DNA of 64,000 nucleotides. It comes from Octopus sinensis. Lineage: Eukaryota. The notes under the pieces were generated by a model. It had not been told where the DNA came from, searched no databases, and worked only from the letters and a program-made list of their open reading frames with translations. Positions 26,218-37,985 of the stretch are shown in pieces. The translations under genes and the position numbers were made by a program. Location of the stretch: positions 23,560,001 through 23,624,000 of the forward strand of contig NC_043016.1 in NCBI RefSeq assembly GCF_006345805.1, in the 5' to 3' direction. Within the stretch, counting starts at the first letter, position 1; each line of letters starts with the position of its first letter.

Positions 26218-26521
26218 GCTGGCTTTGCTGGGTGGATGTGCTATCGCCCCTGTTTGAAAACTTAGGGATACAGAATGCCTGTCTCACATAGCCAACTGGA
26301 AACAATGTTTCCTGGGGCTAAATAGCAGTAGCATTCTTCCCTTTCCTGGGACTGCTACATTAAGTTGGCAACTATCACTTTATCGTGCTGCTACTGTATA
26401 AGCCTCTCTGGGAGATTTAGAAATGCAGTATTTCTAATTTTGTAAATCAGTGAATTTATTTCCTTGAAATTCTATAAGTTTTCAAAGGTAAATAAGCATC
26501 GACAGCTAGCAAGCCTAGTTA

Positions 26522-26566
26522 CTTCAGACTGATGAAGAGCAATAACTCTGAAACTAGTCTCTGGAT
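26522..26566 (+). ncRNA. Type I minimal hammerhead ribozyme, copy 2
   Basis: Identical motif; CTGATGA 26529-35, GAAA 26550-53, cut after 26559. Confidence 0.88.
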
Positions 26567-26769
26567 GCTGGCTTTGCTGGGTGGATGTGCTTATCGCCCC
26601 TGTTTGAAAACTTAGGGATACAGAATGCCTGTCTCACATAGCCAACTGGAAACAATGTTTCCTGGGGCTAAATAACAGTAGCATTCTTCCCTTTCCTGGG
26701 ACTGCCACATTAAGTTGGTAATAAACCATCACTATATATATATATAATAAATTGTTAGGTAGATAGATG

Positions 26770-27300
26770 AAAGCATGTGGCTAAGTGGCTAGGATACATG
26801 ACTCACAATCATAAGGTCAAAAGTTCAATACCTGGCAGTGCAAGACACTTTATTTCACATTGCCCCAATCGATTCAGCAGGTAAAAATGAATAGTACTTG
26901 TAATTCAAAGGGCCAGCCTTGTCAAACTGTGTGGTCATGCTAAATCTCCCTGAGAACCAAGTTAACCCATTAGCAGTTAAACCGACTACATCTGGCAAAA
27001 AACATTCTCCCCGTTTGATGTTCAAACTGGCCATATCCAGCCTCTCACAGCTTCCCTGCAATGTCATTCTAAAAATAAATAATCATGTCATTGAAATCTC
27101 GAAGCTACAAGGCAATGCATGATTAATTGAAATCAATGTAAATAAATAAGCAATATATTTGACAAAGAAATCTGAATGCCAAAGGATTAAGGTTACATGT
27201 CTGTAGAGTGCTCAGCCACTTGCACATTAATTTCACAAGCAGGCTCTTCCATTAATTGGATCAACTGAGACCCTTGTTATTGTAACCAATTGAATGCCAG
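26770..27300 (+). mobile_element. tRNA/CORE-type SINE, family D, interrupted by a MITE
   Basis: Head gcatgtggctaagtggctagg..gttcaatacc, gcaagacactttatttcac core; ctgagaaccaag|ttaa..ttaa|ggttacatgtctgtagagtgctcagcc; homologs at 44370 and 54238. Confidence 0.85.
26966..27186 (-). mobile_element. TTAA-flanked MITE, family M2
   Basis: ttaa 26962-65 |cccattagca...tgccaaagga| ttaa 27187-90; reverse orientation relative to 45132-45352. Confidence 0.85.
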
Positions 27301-27470
27301 TTATATATGTATGTGTGTGTGGGTAAGGCTGCATGTGTAGACATATTACAGCTGAATGGTTAGAAAGTGTACTCTGGAATGATGAGGCCCTGGCTTGTTT
27401 TGATACTAAATGCACAGCATTTTGGGCAAGTCCTATTTGGTTCAATCTAAACTTTGTGAATATAAATAAA

Positions 27471-27846
27471 CTAGCAGTATTGCCCGGCGTTGCTCGGGTT
27501 TGTTTTCTTTTCAACCCTTTAGAATCGGAATTTTTGAAAAGTAAAAATTTTGCATTATGTAGCTTGTTATTCTCTTTAAGTGAACATTTTTCTGGTTGAA
27601 ATACACCAATAAATGGTGATACAGCAGTCAAAAAATTGTAAAAAAATAGGGATTTTCATAGAAAAAAGGCACCTTTTTGATGCAAATAATTTTTGGTCTT
27701 AACATTGTCTGATTTGAATTTTTTCTTCTACGGAATGAAGAGCAAGCCTTCTATCAACTTGCGCCGAAGGGTCTTGGAGGAGATAGTGTTAGTTGAAGCT
27801 TACCACACCTGCCACACACAGACAACTTCAGCTTTATATATATAGA
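27471..27846 (-). mobile_element. Non-autonomous Helitron
   Basis: Minus strand starts a|TCtatatatataaagctgaagttg and ends cccgagcaacgccggg hairpin + caatactgCTAG|t; inserted in an A|T site. Confidence 0.9.
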
Positions 27847-28084
27847 TGTGTAAATGGTTGAGAAGCTTGCTTCTTAGTCATGTGGTCTCAGGTTCAGTTT
27901 CACTGTGCAGTACCTATTGCAAGCAAGTGTCTCCTACTATAAGCCCCAGGCCAACCAAAGTTTTGTGAGTGGATTTCATAGATGGAAACAAAAAGAAACT
28001 GTCATCTATATATATATAAATCCTTAAATCCTTAAAAATGTTTTAGCCCGAAGCCGCGGCCATGCTGGGGCACCACGCTGAATG

Positions 28085-28340
28085 AGCTACACTAGTTGTG
28101 AATCCACCTCTGATACATGGCACTTGATCAACAAGGGAGTTCGATGCTGCTGCCCGCATCCGCGTCTCCTGTCGTGAGGTAGGTTCATCTGGGACTCCCA
28201 ACAGAAGAGATCCAGTTTAGTTTTAAAGAAACCCACATCCACACCATGTAAGTCTCTCAGGCATTTAGGGAGGATGTTAAAGAGCTGTGGTTCTCTGAAA
28301 CCCAAGCTGTTGCACTATCTGGACCTGTATTTGATGGTGA
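28085..28340 (-). mobile_element. CR1/L2-like LINE 3' fragment
   Basis: [35 protein letters not shown] resembles LFNxLP..FKxxLD ends of CR1-group LINEs. Confidence 0.8.
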
Positions 28341-28442
28341 TGTTGGAATCCTTGGCACCATATATATATATGTATATATGTAATATGTAATATGTATATA
28401 TATATATATGTATATATTTTATATATATATATGTATATACAC

Positions 28443-28493
<51 letters not shown>

Positions 28494-29081
28494 TATATAT
28501 TATATATATATATATTATTGTACATATACATATATATTACATATATATATATACATATACATATTTGGGTGTGTGTACTTTGTCTTGACATTATGAGATG
28601 ATTGCAAATGATCATCACTTTCATACAAGCATTGTGTGTCCTTCTTCTGTCTTTCTTGGTAACATATTATCAAGCCTGGGAACCAGTGAAGGTTGTTTCA
28701 ACAAATTCCAGCTGACTTATGTATGCCTGGGGAAAGTAGACATTAAACGAATAACTTAGTGGTTTGGCAAAAAAAAAAAAAAGGCTGAAATAATAAAGTA
28801 AGAACTTGGCTTAAAAAGAAAGTCTTGAGGTCGATTTGTTTGACCGAAACCCTTTAGGTTGTGCCCCAATAGCCTCAAATGACTGAAGCAAGTAAGAGAT
28901 AAAAGGTTAAAGAATGGTGAGCCTGACAAGCGTACGAATCTTTAAGCTGCATGGGACTGAATCGAAATGTTTTAAATATATTTTTTAAAATAAGTACTGA
29001 GGTCAATTCATTCCACCAAAAGTTCTTCATTGTAGTGCCCCAGCATGGTCGTACTGTTAAAAGATATATATATCTTATATA

Positions 29082-29584
29082 TCTATATATATAAAAAACT
29101 CTAGTTGTGTGAGTGTTGTCCCCTTCGATTTAGATTCCTAACTCCTCCCACATTTTGTTCGGTGCAGTTTAACCAAATTCGGGTATCTTATAGTCGTGAT
29201 TCATATCGAGCCCGTCTGACTATTAGCGCACGTCAACGATGAGTCTACGATTTTAAAAATAATTTAACATCATTTTTTATTCCATTTTATGCATAAAATG
29301 CATCATATGTCGATGCGGTGGAGTTGGCGTCCACGCTCACAGCTGCACTGTTTGCTTCTCCCCCTTCCTCCCTCGTGAAGCTGTGGGGAAGGGAGTGTAA
29401 AGAAATCAACGTCGTAATGCGTTGTGAAGGAGACCAGCGTTCTTTTAGAACAACGACTTCATGGCTTGAGACACCAAAACAAAAATGGCTAAGAAAGCCC
29501 GAATTTATAAGGGAAGTAACTCTCTAAAAATGCTTATATAGTTATTTCCCTTACAAACCGAGCAACGCCGGGCGATACTGCTAG
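29082..29584 (+). mobile_element. Non-autonomous Helitron, copy 1 of tandem pair
   Basis: a|TCtatatatataaa start; ccgagcaacgccgggcgatactgCTAG end. Confidence 0.9.
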
Positions 29585-30103
29585 TCTATATATATAAAAC
29601 TGTAGTTGTGTGAGTGTCTGTCCCCTTCGATTTAGATCCTAACTACTCCCACATTTTGCGGTGCAGCGGTTTGCAGTTTAACCAAATTCGGGTATCTTAT
29701 AGTCGTGATTCATATCGAGCCCGTCTGAGTATTAGCGCGCGTCTACGATGAGTCTACGATTTTAAAAATAATTTAACATTATTTTTATTCCATTTTAATG
29801 CATAATTTTCGTGTGTCGATGGCGGCGGAGTTGGCGTCCATGGTCCAACATGCACCTGTTTGCTTCTCCCTCTTCTCCCTCCCTCGTGAAGCTGTGGGGA
29901 AGGGGAGGTAAGGAAATCACGTCGTCGTAAAGCGTTGTCAAGGAGACCAGCGTTCTTTTGGAACAACGACTTCATGGCTTGAAGACACCAAAAAGAAATG
30001 GCTTAAGAAAGCCCGAATTGGCATCTATAAGAGAAGTAACTCTCTAAAAATGCTTATATAGTTATTTCCCTTACAAACGAGCAACGCCGGGCGATACTGC
30101 TAG
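29585..30103 (+). mobile_element. Non-autonomous Helitron, copy 2 of tandem pair
   Basis: Starts TC immediately after CTAG of copy 1; ends gagcaacgccgggcgatactgCTAG|t. Confidence 0.9.
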
Positions 30104-30113
30104 TATATATTAT

Positions 30114-30456
30114 AGGAAGAGAGGAGACCCCCTTCAGTCATGACTGACCATGGGATTGCACCTAGAAAGTTACCCTCTGAGGCTCAAGTCTAGGTAAGGT
30201 TGTTTTAGGAGACCAGCAGTCGTCGCCCATGCATACCAGCCTCCCCTCTCCACGCCACTAGTGTTATCCAAGGGAAAGGCAAAGGCCAATTCAGCTTGGC
30301 ACCTGTGACGTTGCAACTCATTTCTACAGCTGAGTGAACTGGAGCAATGTGAAATAAAGTGTCTTGCTCAAGAACACAACACACGGCCCGGTCCGGGAAT
30401 CAAACTCACAACCTCACGATCGTGAGATCGACGCTCTAACCACTGAGCTATGCGCC

Positions 30457-30459
<3 letters not shown>
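30114..30459 (-). mobile_element. tRNA/CORE-type SINE, family E, with intact A and B boxes
   Basis: Minus strand gaaggcgcaTAGCTCAGTGGttagagc..GTTTGATTCCcgg..cttgagcaagacactttatttcac. Confidence 0.88.
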
Positions 30460-30509
<50 letters not shown>

Positions 30510-30574
30510 CAGTCTTATGGCTAAGATCAAGGTCTAATATCTACTTTTATCAGAGAGACTCTGTATGTGTGTGT

Positions 30575-30910
30575 GCGGGCTTAGATGTGTGGTAAGAAGT
30601 TAGCTTCACAACCACATGGTTCTGAGTTCAGTCCTCTCTGTGGCATTTTGGAGAAGTGTCTTATACTATAGTCCTGGGCTAACCAAAGCCCTTTGACTGG
30701 TTTTGTATAAGCTTATCATGTATATACATATTTGCGTGTATATATATCTGTGTATGTGTCTTTGTGTTTGAGCCCCCCCCCCATCACTGCTTGACAACCT
30801 GTGTTGGTTTGCTTATGTCCCTGTAACGTACTGAAGTTTATTTGTTCGACTAAACCTTTCACGGCAGTGCTCCGGTATGGCTACAGTCTAATGACAAACA
30901 AGCAAATGAT
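30575..30910 (+). mobile_element. Family A SINE, diverged
   Basis: Head, core and tail homology. Confidence 0.75.
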
Positions 30911-32109
30911 AAAAAGATATACACGCACATACTTGCACACACGTACATACATACACGCATGGCAGGCTTCCAACAGTTTCCGCCGACTGAATCCACCACT
31001 CACAAGGCAATGGGTTAGCCCGGGACTATTGTAGAAGGTGACGCACAGACAGACTGAAGCAACACGACTACGTAACGAAGATCTGAACCTCACAATATCT
31101 GTATCCTATTTATTTGTATTTAAAACAAAAAAAAACACTGAAAAAGAAAACTAAGAAAAAAACCCCAAAAATTGGATACAAGGCCAGTGTTTAAAAAAAA
31201 AAAATTTTTACACGCGCGCACACACGCACAAATACGCGCACACACACGCATGAATTTAATCCTATAAATTGGTTCTGCAAAAAAATAATAAATAAATACC
31301 CAAAGCGGAGTAATTAAGCAAACGTGAAAAAAAGAGGAAGTGTTATTACGTAAGCGAGAAAGATATGTGCTAATAAATATTACTTTGAAAAATATTTAAT
31401 AAATAAACAAGAAGCGTGCTTCATAACCATGTACTCTTTCTTGGTGGCAGTCGCTCTGCATGGTACCTTGAGCAAATTCTTCTGACATATCCCGGGCAGA
31501 ACCAAATCCTTGCGAGTGGATTTGATAGACGGAAAAATGAAAGAAACGCGTGTGTGCTTGTATATGTATGCTTACATGTATGCATGTATGTACGTATGCA
31601 TGTATGTACGTATGTATGTATGTATTGTACGTATGCATGTATGTATGTGTGTATGTACACACGTATGTGTGCATGCGTGTTTGTATATAAGACTATAGTT
31701 ATACATGAGTATATGTATTCGTGCATACAATATATATATGTATATACACACACATATATATATATATTAGAAAGTTTGGATATATATACACACACACACA
31801 ACACACATCTATATATATATATATATATATATACTTTTTTTATTAAAATGTATGTGTATGTGTGTGTAGGCCGGTAGACCGATGGATCACGAGATCTTCG
31901 GTCTCGTGATCCCTCTGATTGATAGACACACACACACGTGTGCATGTGAGTGAGTGCATGTGTGTGTGTGTGTGCGTGTATCTGTACACTGGATATTTGA
32001 CTGCCCATTTTAATTCATCTTATTCAAAATTTCCGAGTGAGAACAGCCTATGTATCGGTGCTAATTGATCTACCTCCCCATTCTATCTGTCTCACACACA
32101 TGCTCATAT

Positions 32110-32132
32110 CTACCTGTCTGTCTGTCCGTCTG

Positions 32133-32215
<83 letters not shown>

Positions 32216-32221
32216 GTTTAG

Positions 32222-32279
<58 letters not shown>

Positions 32280-32337
32280 GTCTATCCATCTGCCTGCTGT
32301 CTGTCTATCTATCTATGTCTATCCATCTGTTTGTCTG

Positions 32338-32434
<97 letters not shown>

Positions 32435-32471
32435 GTCTATCCATCTGTCTGTCTGTCTGTCTAGATAGATG

Positions 32472-32533
<62 letters not shown>

Positions 32534-32561
32534 GTGATAGATAGATAGATAGAGTGATAGA

Positions 32562-32593
<32 letters not shown>

Positions 32594-32723
32594 TGGATAG
32601 ATAGATAGCTATGCGTTTTGTGTGTGTGTGTGTCTATCCATCTGTCTGTCTGTCTAGATAGACAGAGAGACAGATAGATAACAGATAGATAGACAGACAG
32701 ACAGACAGATAGATAGCTATGCG

Positions 32724-32745
<22 letters not shown>
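32110..32745. repeat. (TCTA)n then (GATA)n inverted microsatellite complex
   Basis: Strand switch at ctag near 32461 and again near 32653. Confidence 0.92.
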
Positions 32746-32754
<9 letters not shown>

Positions 32755-33412
32755 TAGGTATATAAATGTGAACTTATATAAATATATATAAATAATTTTA
32801 TTGATAGTGTCCTCGAAGTTTCGCTTGTTGTTGGTCTTGTCCAAACTGTGGAAGCGAACCGCTGATGTATCTTCGAAGTCACTATCAATAAAATTATGTA
32901 AAATATCTGATGTGAATTTCACTTCAACTAATGAATGGGCCGTAGTTTTCTCATTAAAAACATGGTTTTTACACACACACACACATGCTTGCATGCACCC
33001 ACCCACGCAACACACACTTACACACGCATGTATATGACCATATGCTTGCGTACACTGATAAGTATAAACCACATTTCATGCTTCGTATTTCTCTCGATTT
33101 ATCATCTATATATGTGTGCTTGTGTACACGCAAATGTATTATTCTTTTTAATCTTTTTTTTTTATTTTGTTTCAGTCTGTTTGCCTGCAGTTTATATTTA
33201 CACACACACACACACACATTAATAGTTGACAGTTCGGGCTGTTTAAAGAAACCCAGAGCAGACATAGATATATTTGTACTTTACACATTTACACGTGTTG
33301 ATATATATACACATACAAACGCATACACACACACGCATACATAGAAACAGAAAATATTTATATGTGCCTGTATATGCTAGAGAGGCAGATATACACTGAA
33401 AGGAAGAGAGAA

Positions 33413-33444
<32 letters not shown>

Positions 33445-33499
33445 CGGGGGGAGGAGAGGAGAGTAGAGGTATATCTATATATGTATTTGTGTGTGCGTG

Positions 33500-34350
33500 T
33501 GTATTATGTACATTTGTTAAGACCAATGATCTACGCGTGCCTTTGCTTAATGTAACAAATAAACCTGTCGGCCTGCTGTAAGGCAATATGCTGAGTGAGA
33601 TGGGGCAGGGAAATATCTAATTTAGTACTTCGCCGGGTCTCTGTGCACTTTCGGGTGCATCTTATAAATAACTTGTGTGTGTGTGCGTGCGTGTGCGCGA
33701 ATGTGTGTGCGTGTATGTGTGTGCGCTCGCTTACGTTTGTATAGAGGAAAGTGCACACACACACATACACATAACACATCTCACACACACCGACATGCAC
33801 GAATATTTATTATTGACAAATCAACAAAGGGAACATCTACATGGTTCGTTCGGCATGCTTGAAACAGCTGTTAGATTCCCTCAGACGAGAATGTACCGGC
33901 TTTAGAATTACGGGTTATTTGGTTATATAGGTGGGTGGGGAAGATGGGACAGTCACGACTGGAATGTTTTTCACTGATCGTAGTTCTCGTTGCTCGGACA
34001 GAACCGACTTGGGTTTAAACAAGCGCGACAACAATTAAAATGATAACAGCAACACATAATTATGAACGTGGAATGTTCATAACAAGTAATCTTTCATGAT
34101 GACGGCTGCCATATTGAGTGAGTGTTACTCAAGCCGGTTGGTCTTCACTCAAACTTAGCGAAGAAAACCGAATGAGTGCAGTTAAAATGTTAGTAGTTCA
34201 TGGTGGCTTCTAAATCTTCTTCAACAATTATATATTGTGCATGTGTATGTGTTGTGTGTATTTAGCGAGAGTGGATGGGATATGTAATTCTGTTGTTCAG
34301 CCGGTCTTCCGACATTGTTCAGAGTATCAATTTTCTATAAATACTACGGA
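33500..34350. promoter_or_regulatory. CpG-retaining unique region with YY1-like motif; possible promoter
   Basis: Many CpGs in non-repeat DNA by eye; gctgccatatt 34105-34115 = AATATGGCAGC on minus; no transcript evidence. Confidence 0.35.
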
Positions 34351-34404
34351 CATACCAAACATCGTTCAAATACTGACACTTAATCTCTCTCTATCTCTCA
34401 CCCT

Positions 34405-34440
<36 letters not shown>

Positions 34441-35367
34441 TCATCCCTCTTCTTCCCTTTCTCTCTTCCACTCCTGCGGTCTCTTTTCCCTTCTCTCCTT
34501 CCCTGTTTGTCTTCTTTCCTTTCTCTTCCTACCTTCCTCCAATTCTCTCTCTCTCTCTCCCTTCATCTCTCTGTCTTCCCTTCTCTCTCTCTGTCTTCCC
34601 CCTTCTCCCGCTCTATCTTCTCCTCTCTTACCCCTTCTATTTCGTTCGCAGCTCTTATTGGTTTCTATCTGTTACTCACACACCTTCTTCGTCTCTCACT
34701 CTCTGTCTCTGTCTCTCTTTTTTTTATCGTTCTCCTCATTACCTTATTACTCCATTCTTTGATATTCTTTTTGCCTCTTACTCCTCCACCCCCACTCAAG
34801 CGTAGTCACACACATACACACACTCACATACACACATCTTCAATTCTATCTTACTTTCTCAATGTCACTCTCTCTTTCATTCTACTTTCATTATCTCTCC
34901 CGGTCGCTCCACATTTCTCGCTCTTTTATTACACTCCGCTCTTTCTCTTTTTCTCTAACCTCTTTCTCTCACTCTCTCTTTCTTTCTGTCACACACACAA
35001 ACACGCACACGTTTGCGTTATCACTAAATTTCTCTTTCTCTCTTACACATTTTCGTCTCTATCGATCTGTTTCCATATTATTTTGCGTTCTTTTCTATCT
35101 TGCACACTCTTATTTATTTTTCGAAAAAATTTCCTTACACCTCTGCTCCTTACGTGTCTACCTATCTACATGCATGCATGCATGCATCCATTTATCCCCA
35201 TCCATCCATCCATGCATCCATCCATTTATCTAACGGTCTGTCGGTCTAGCGACTTTCACTCACAATTCCTCATTCACTCCTCACTCACCCCACTCACTCA
35301 CTCACTCACTCATTCACTCACTCATCACTCCCTCACTCTCTTTTTTCTTCCCATCTATCTATCTATC

Positions 35368-35404
<37 letters not shown>

Positions 35405-35421
35405 CTTCTATCTTCTATCTC

Positions 35422-35454
<33 letters not shown>

Positions 35455-35510
35455 GCTATCTACTATCTATCTATCTATCTATCCATCTATCTGTATATAT
35501 ATCTATCCAC

Positions 35511-35591
35511 CAGAGTAAGCACATAAATGCGAAACAAGGTGGAAAAATAGTACTCGAATACCAGAGGTAGAGTAATATGCTTTAATAAAGT
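35511..35591 (+). mobile_element. Short member of foldback family F
   Basis: gagtaagcacataaatgcgaaacaaggtggaaaaatagtactcgaataccagaggtagagtaatatgctttaataaagtat; homologous to 51561 and 55979. Confidence 0.7.
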
Positions 35592-35785
35592 ATGTATGTA
35601 TATATATATATTATATTTATGATTTATGCACATAACCTAATTTTGTTTCATCCGTCCATCTTTTCTGCATGTCTCTTTATCTATTTGTCTATGTATCTGT
35701 CTGTCCGTCTATCTATCTGTCTGTCTTCCCTCTTTCTCATTATGTTGCTCTCTCTCTCTCTCTCTCTCTCTCTCCCCTCTGTTGC

Positions 35786-35816
<31 letters not shown>

Positions 35817-36307
35817 CTCTGCTACTCTCTCTCTCTAGCTACTCCTCCTGCTACTTCTCCTCTCTCTCTCTCGTCTGCTACTCTCTCTCTCTCTCACCAG
35901 TCTCTTCCATTGTATTTCTCCACCGTCATTACTAACCGAACACAATTAGTCAAATAACCTTTTGGATGTTGTCCAATATGTTCCTGAGCATAACAGCAGC
36001 ACCATCCTAGGTATATAAGCAGTATTCCATTGTGGATCTCATTGTATTTGTTAACAGCAGCACTGTTCTAGATGTGGAAGTGGTTTCGTGGCATTGTGGT
36101 ATCCTGGATCTCATTGTAGCTTTATAAACTACGTAACAGGGTCTAGGAAGTTTGCATAACAGCAACTCCGTGCAGGATATAAATGCAGATATTCTTTCGT
36201 GGTTCTTACTCTATCTTTATAGAGTGACTAGGGATTCATTTTGTGAACCTTAAGAGGAAATCTAGTCTTTTCTGATGAGGTCAAGGATGTGTGAGTGTAT
36301 GTACATA

Positions 36308-36341
<34 letters not shown>

Positions 36342-36429
36342 AGCATGATAGCGTTACCATCCCATATATGTTAATTTTATTTGAGTTTTGTGGAAGGTTG
36401 ACAACTGATCATTGACAAAAGTTATTTTC

Positions 36430-36900
36430 TGACAGTGTACTTCAGCCTCAATAGTTATTGATCCTCTACAAAGTTCATACAAAGAATTACAATGGAGTAT
36501 TGCTTTCACATCTGGAACAGTGCTTCGGCTGCTGCACACACACACCACAGATATCCTAGACTGTATCTAGAAAATAACCATGAAGTTTACTTACAGGCAA
36601 TGCTCCAAGCCTCTCGTCAACAAGTGTACCATCTCCTCTTTCTTCCTTTTCTGCTGCTTCTATAATGGCCTCTGCTCCTTAAACCTGACTGGGTTCATGC
36701 CACTTGGGCTCAAACAATATCATCCAACTAAACTCTCTCCTTCTTGTCACCTTTGTTGTGTACAACCCCACTTGGCCTCACCCCAATCATTTTCCCCACT
36801 TCTTCTTTCCCACAATATCATCCCTCTGGAATTCTGTCCTACCTTGCATCTTTCCTGCACCCGTTGACTTACAAAGGTCTGTGTCTACAAATGTAATGAG
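36430..36900 (+). mobile_element. Jockey/CR1-group LINE RT C-terminal fragment (decayed)
   Basis: ITMEYCFHIWNSASAA..DILDCI..FYNGLCS..FFPTISSLWNSVLP resembles MEYC..IW and SLWNxLP motifs. Confidence 0.75.
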
Positions 36901-37155
36901 AACTGGTTTTTTTTTTTACTTCAGACCTATTCTTTTGTTCTTTTACAGTTGACAGTGTCCATACTGGAGCACTGCCTTGAAGGGGTTTAGTCAAACAAGT
37001 TCACCCTAGGACTTATTTTTTAAGCCTAGTACTTATTCTATTAGTGTCTTTAGCTGAACCAATAAGTTACGGGGATGTAAACACACCAACACATGTTGTA
37101 AAACATTGATGGTGGAGGGACAAATGCAGGCACAAAGAAACACACACATAGATAT

Positions 37156-37188
<33 letters not shown>

Positions 37189-37714
37189 CATACACATACA
37201 CATGGTGCAGCAGAAATACCTCTCAGATTTGAAAGGTTGACAAAAGGGAAAAGAAACAACATTTATGAAAAATTAATTTTACTGTTTAAACAAAGGGTTA
37301 CAGTTTTTGTTCATTAGCTAAATGAAAACATCATTGGCACTTGCATAAGTTCATTAGCAACACATTTTCATCACTTTGAAACCATGACCTGATCACTGAC
37401 AAAATTTTGTAATGAAGTTTTTTGTGAGTTCTTAAATGGCTTATAAACATCTTCCATGCTGCAATTATATATATATATATATATAGTAAATCCCCAAAAA
37501 TGAAGAACAAACACAAAAAAACAACAATGCGAGGACGTGGTACATGTAAAGTATTAACAGACACTCAGGGCAGGAAAGAATGGTGGTTTTACATTTCAAG
37601 CAAAGCTCTTCTTCAGAAACAGGAGACAGAAGAAAGTCCAGTAGAAAGGGAAGATGGAGGGACAAAAATTGAAAATGATTCACATCTGATTACATATATA
37701 TATATATATATATC

Positions 37715-37985
37715 ATCATCATCATCATCATCATTTAACGTCCGCTTTCCATGCTAGCATGGGTGGACGGTTCAACTGGGGTCTGGGGAGCCCGAAATGT
37801 GCACCAGTCCAGTCAGATCTGGCAGTGTTTCTACAGCTGGATGCCCTTCCTAACGCCAACCACTCCGAGAGGGTGATTTTATGTGCCACCGACACAGGTG
37901 CCAGACGAGGCTGGCAGACGGCCACGCTCGATGGTGTTTTTATGTGCCACCGACACAGGTGCCAGATGGGGCTGGCAAACGGCCA
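37715..37985 (-). mobile_element. RTE tail (family C) with two internal modules
   Basis: Two ttttatgtgccaccgacacaggtgccaga units; (cat)n tail. Confidence 0.88.

Larger units (their letters stand above)
25911..26720 (+). repeat. Tandem array of about 340-350 bp units (2.3 copies) carrying hammerhead ribozymes; retrozyme-like
   Basis: Units start at ctgtttgaaaactt 25911, 26250 and 26600; near-identical apart from small indels. Confidence 0.92.

Noticed and set aside
30380-30459. tRNA gene
   Set aside because: A/B boxes belong to a SINE head continuing into core and tail; no complete acceptor stem
33855-33880. GAAACAGCTGTT (also GAAACAGCTGTC near 40420) resembling the stem III at 57330
   Set aside because: No intact upstream CTGANGA core
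31416-35957. Longest ORF-track entries, including 34507-35526 (339 aa) and 32461-33072 (203 aa)
   Set aside because: Made of (CT)n, (TCTA)n and (CA)n repeats; the protein-like stretch NFIDSDFED..NFEDTINKII in 32461-33072 reflects the DNA inverted repeat at 32792-32897
36223-36290. Good acceptor and gtgagt donor pair
   Set aside because: Stops in all three frames; could only be a non-coding exon, and there is no supporting evidence
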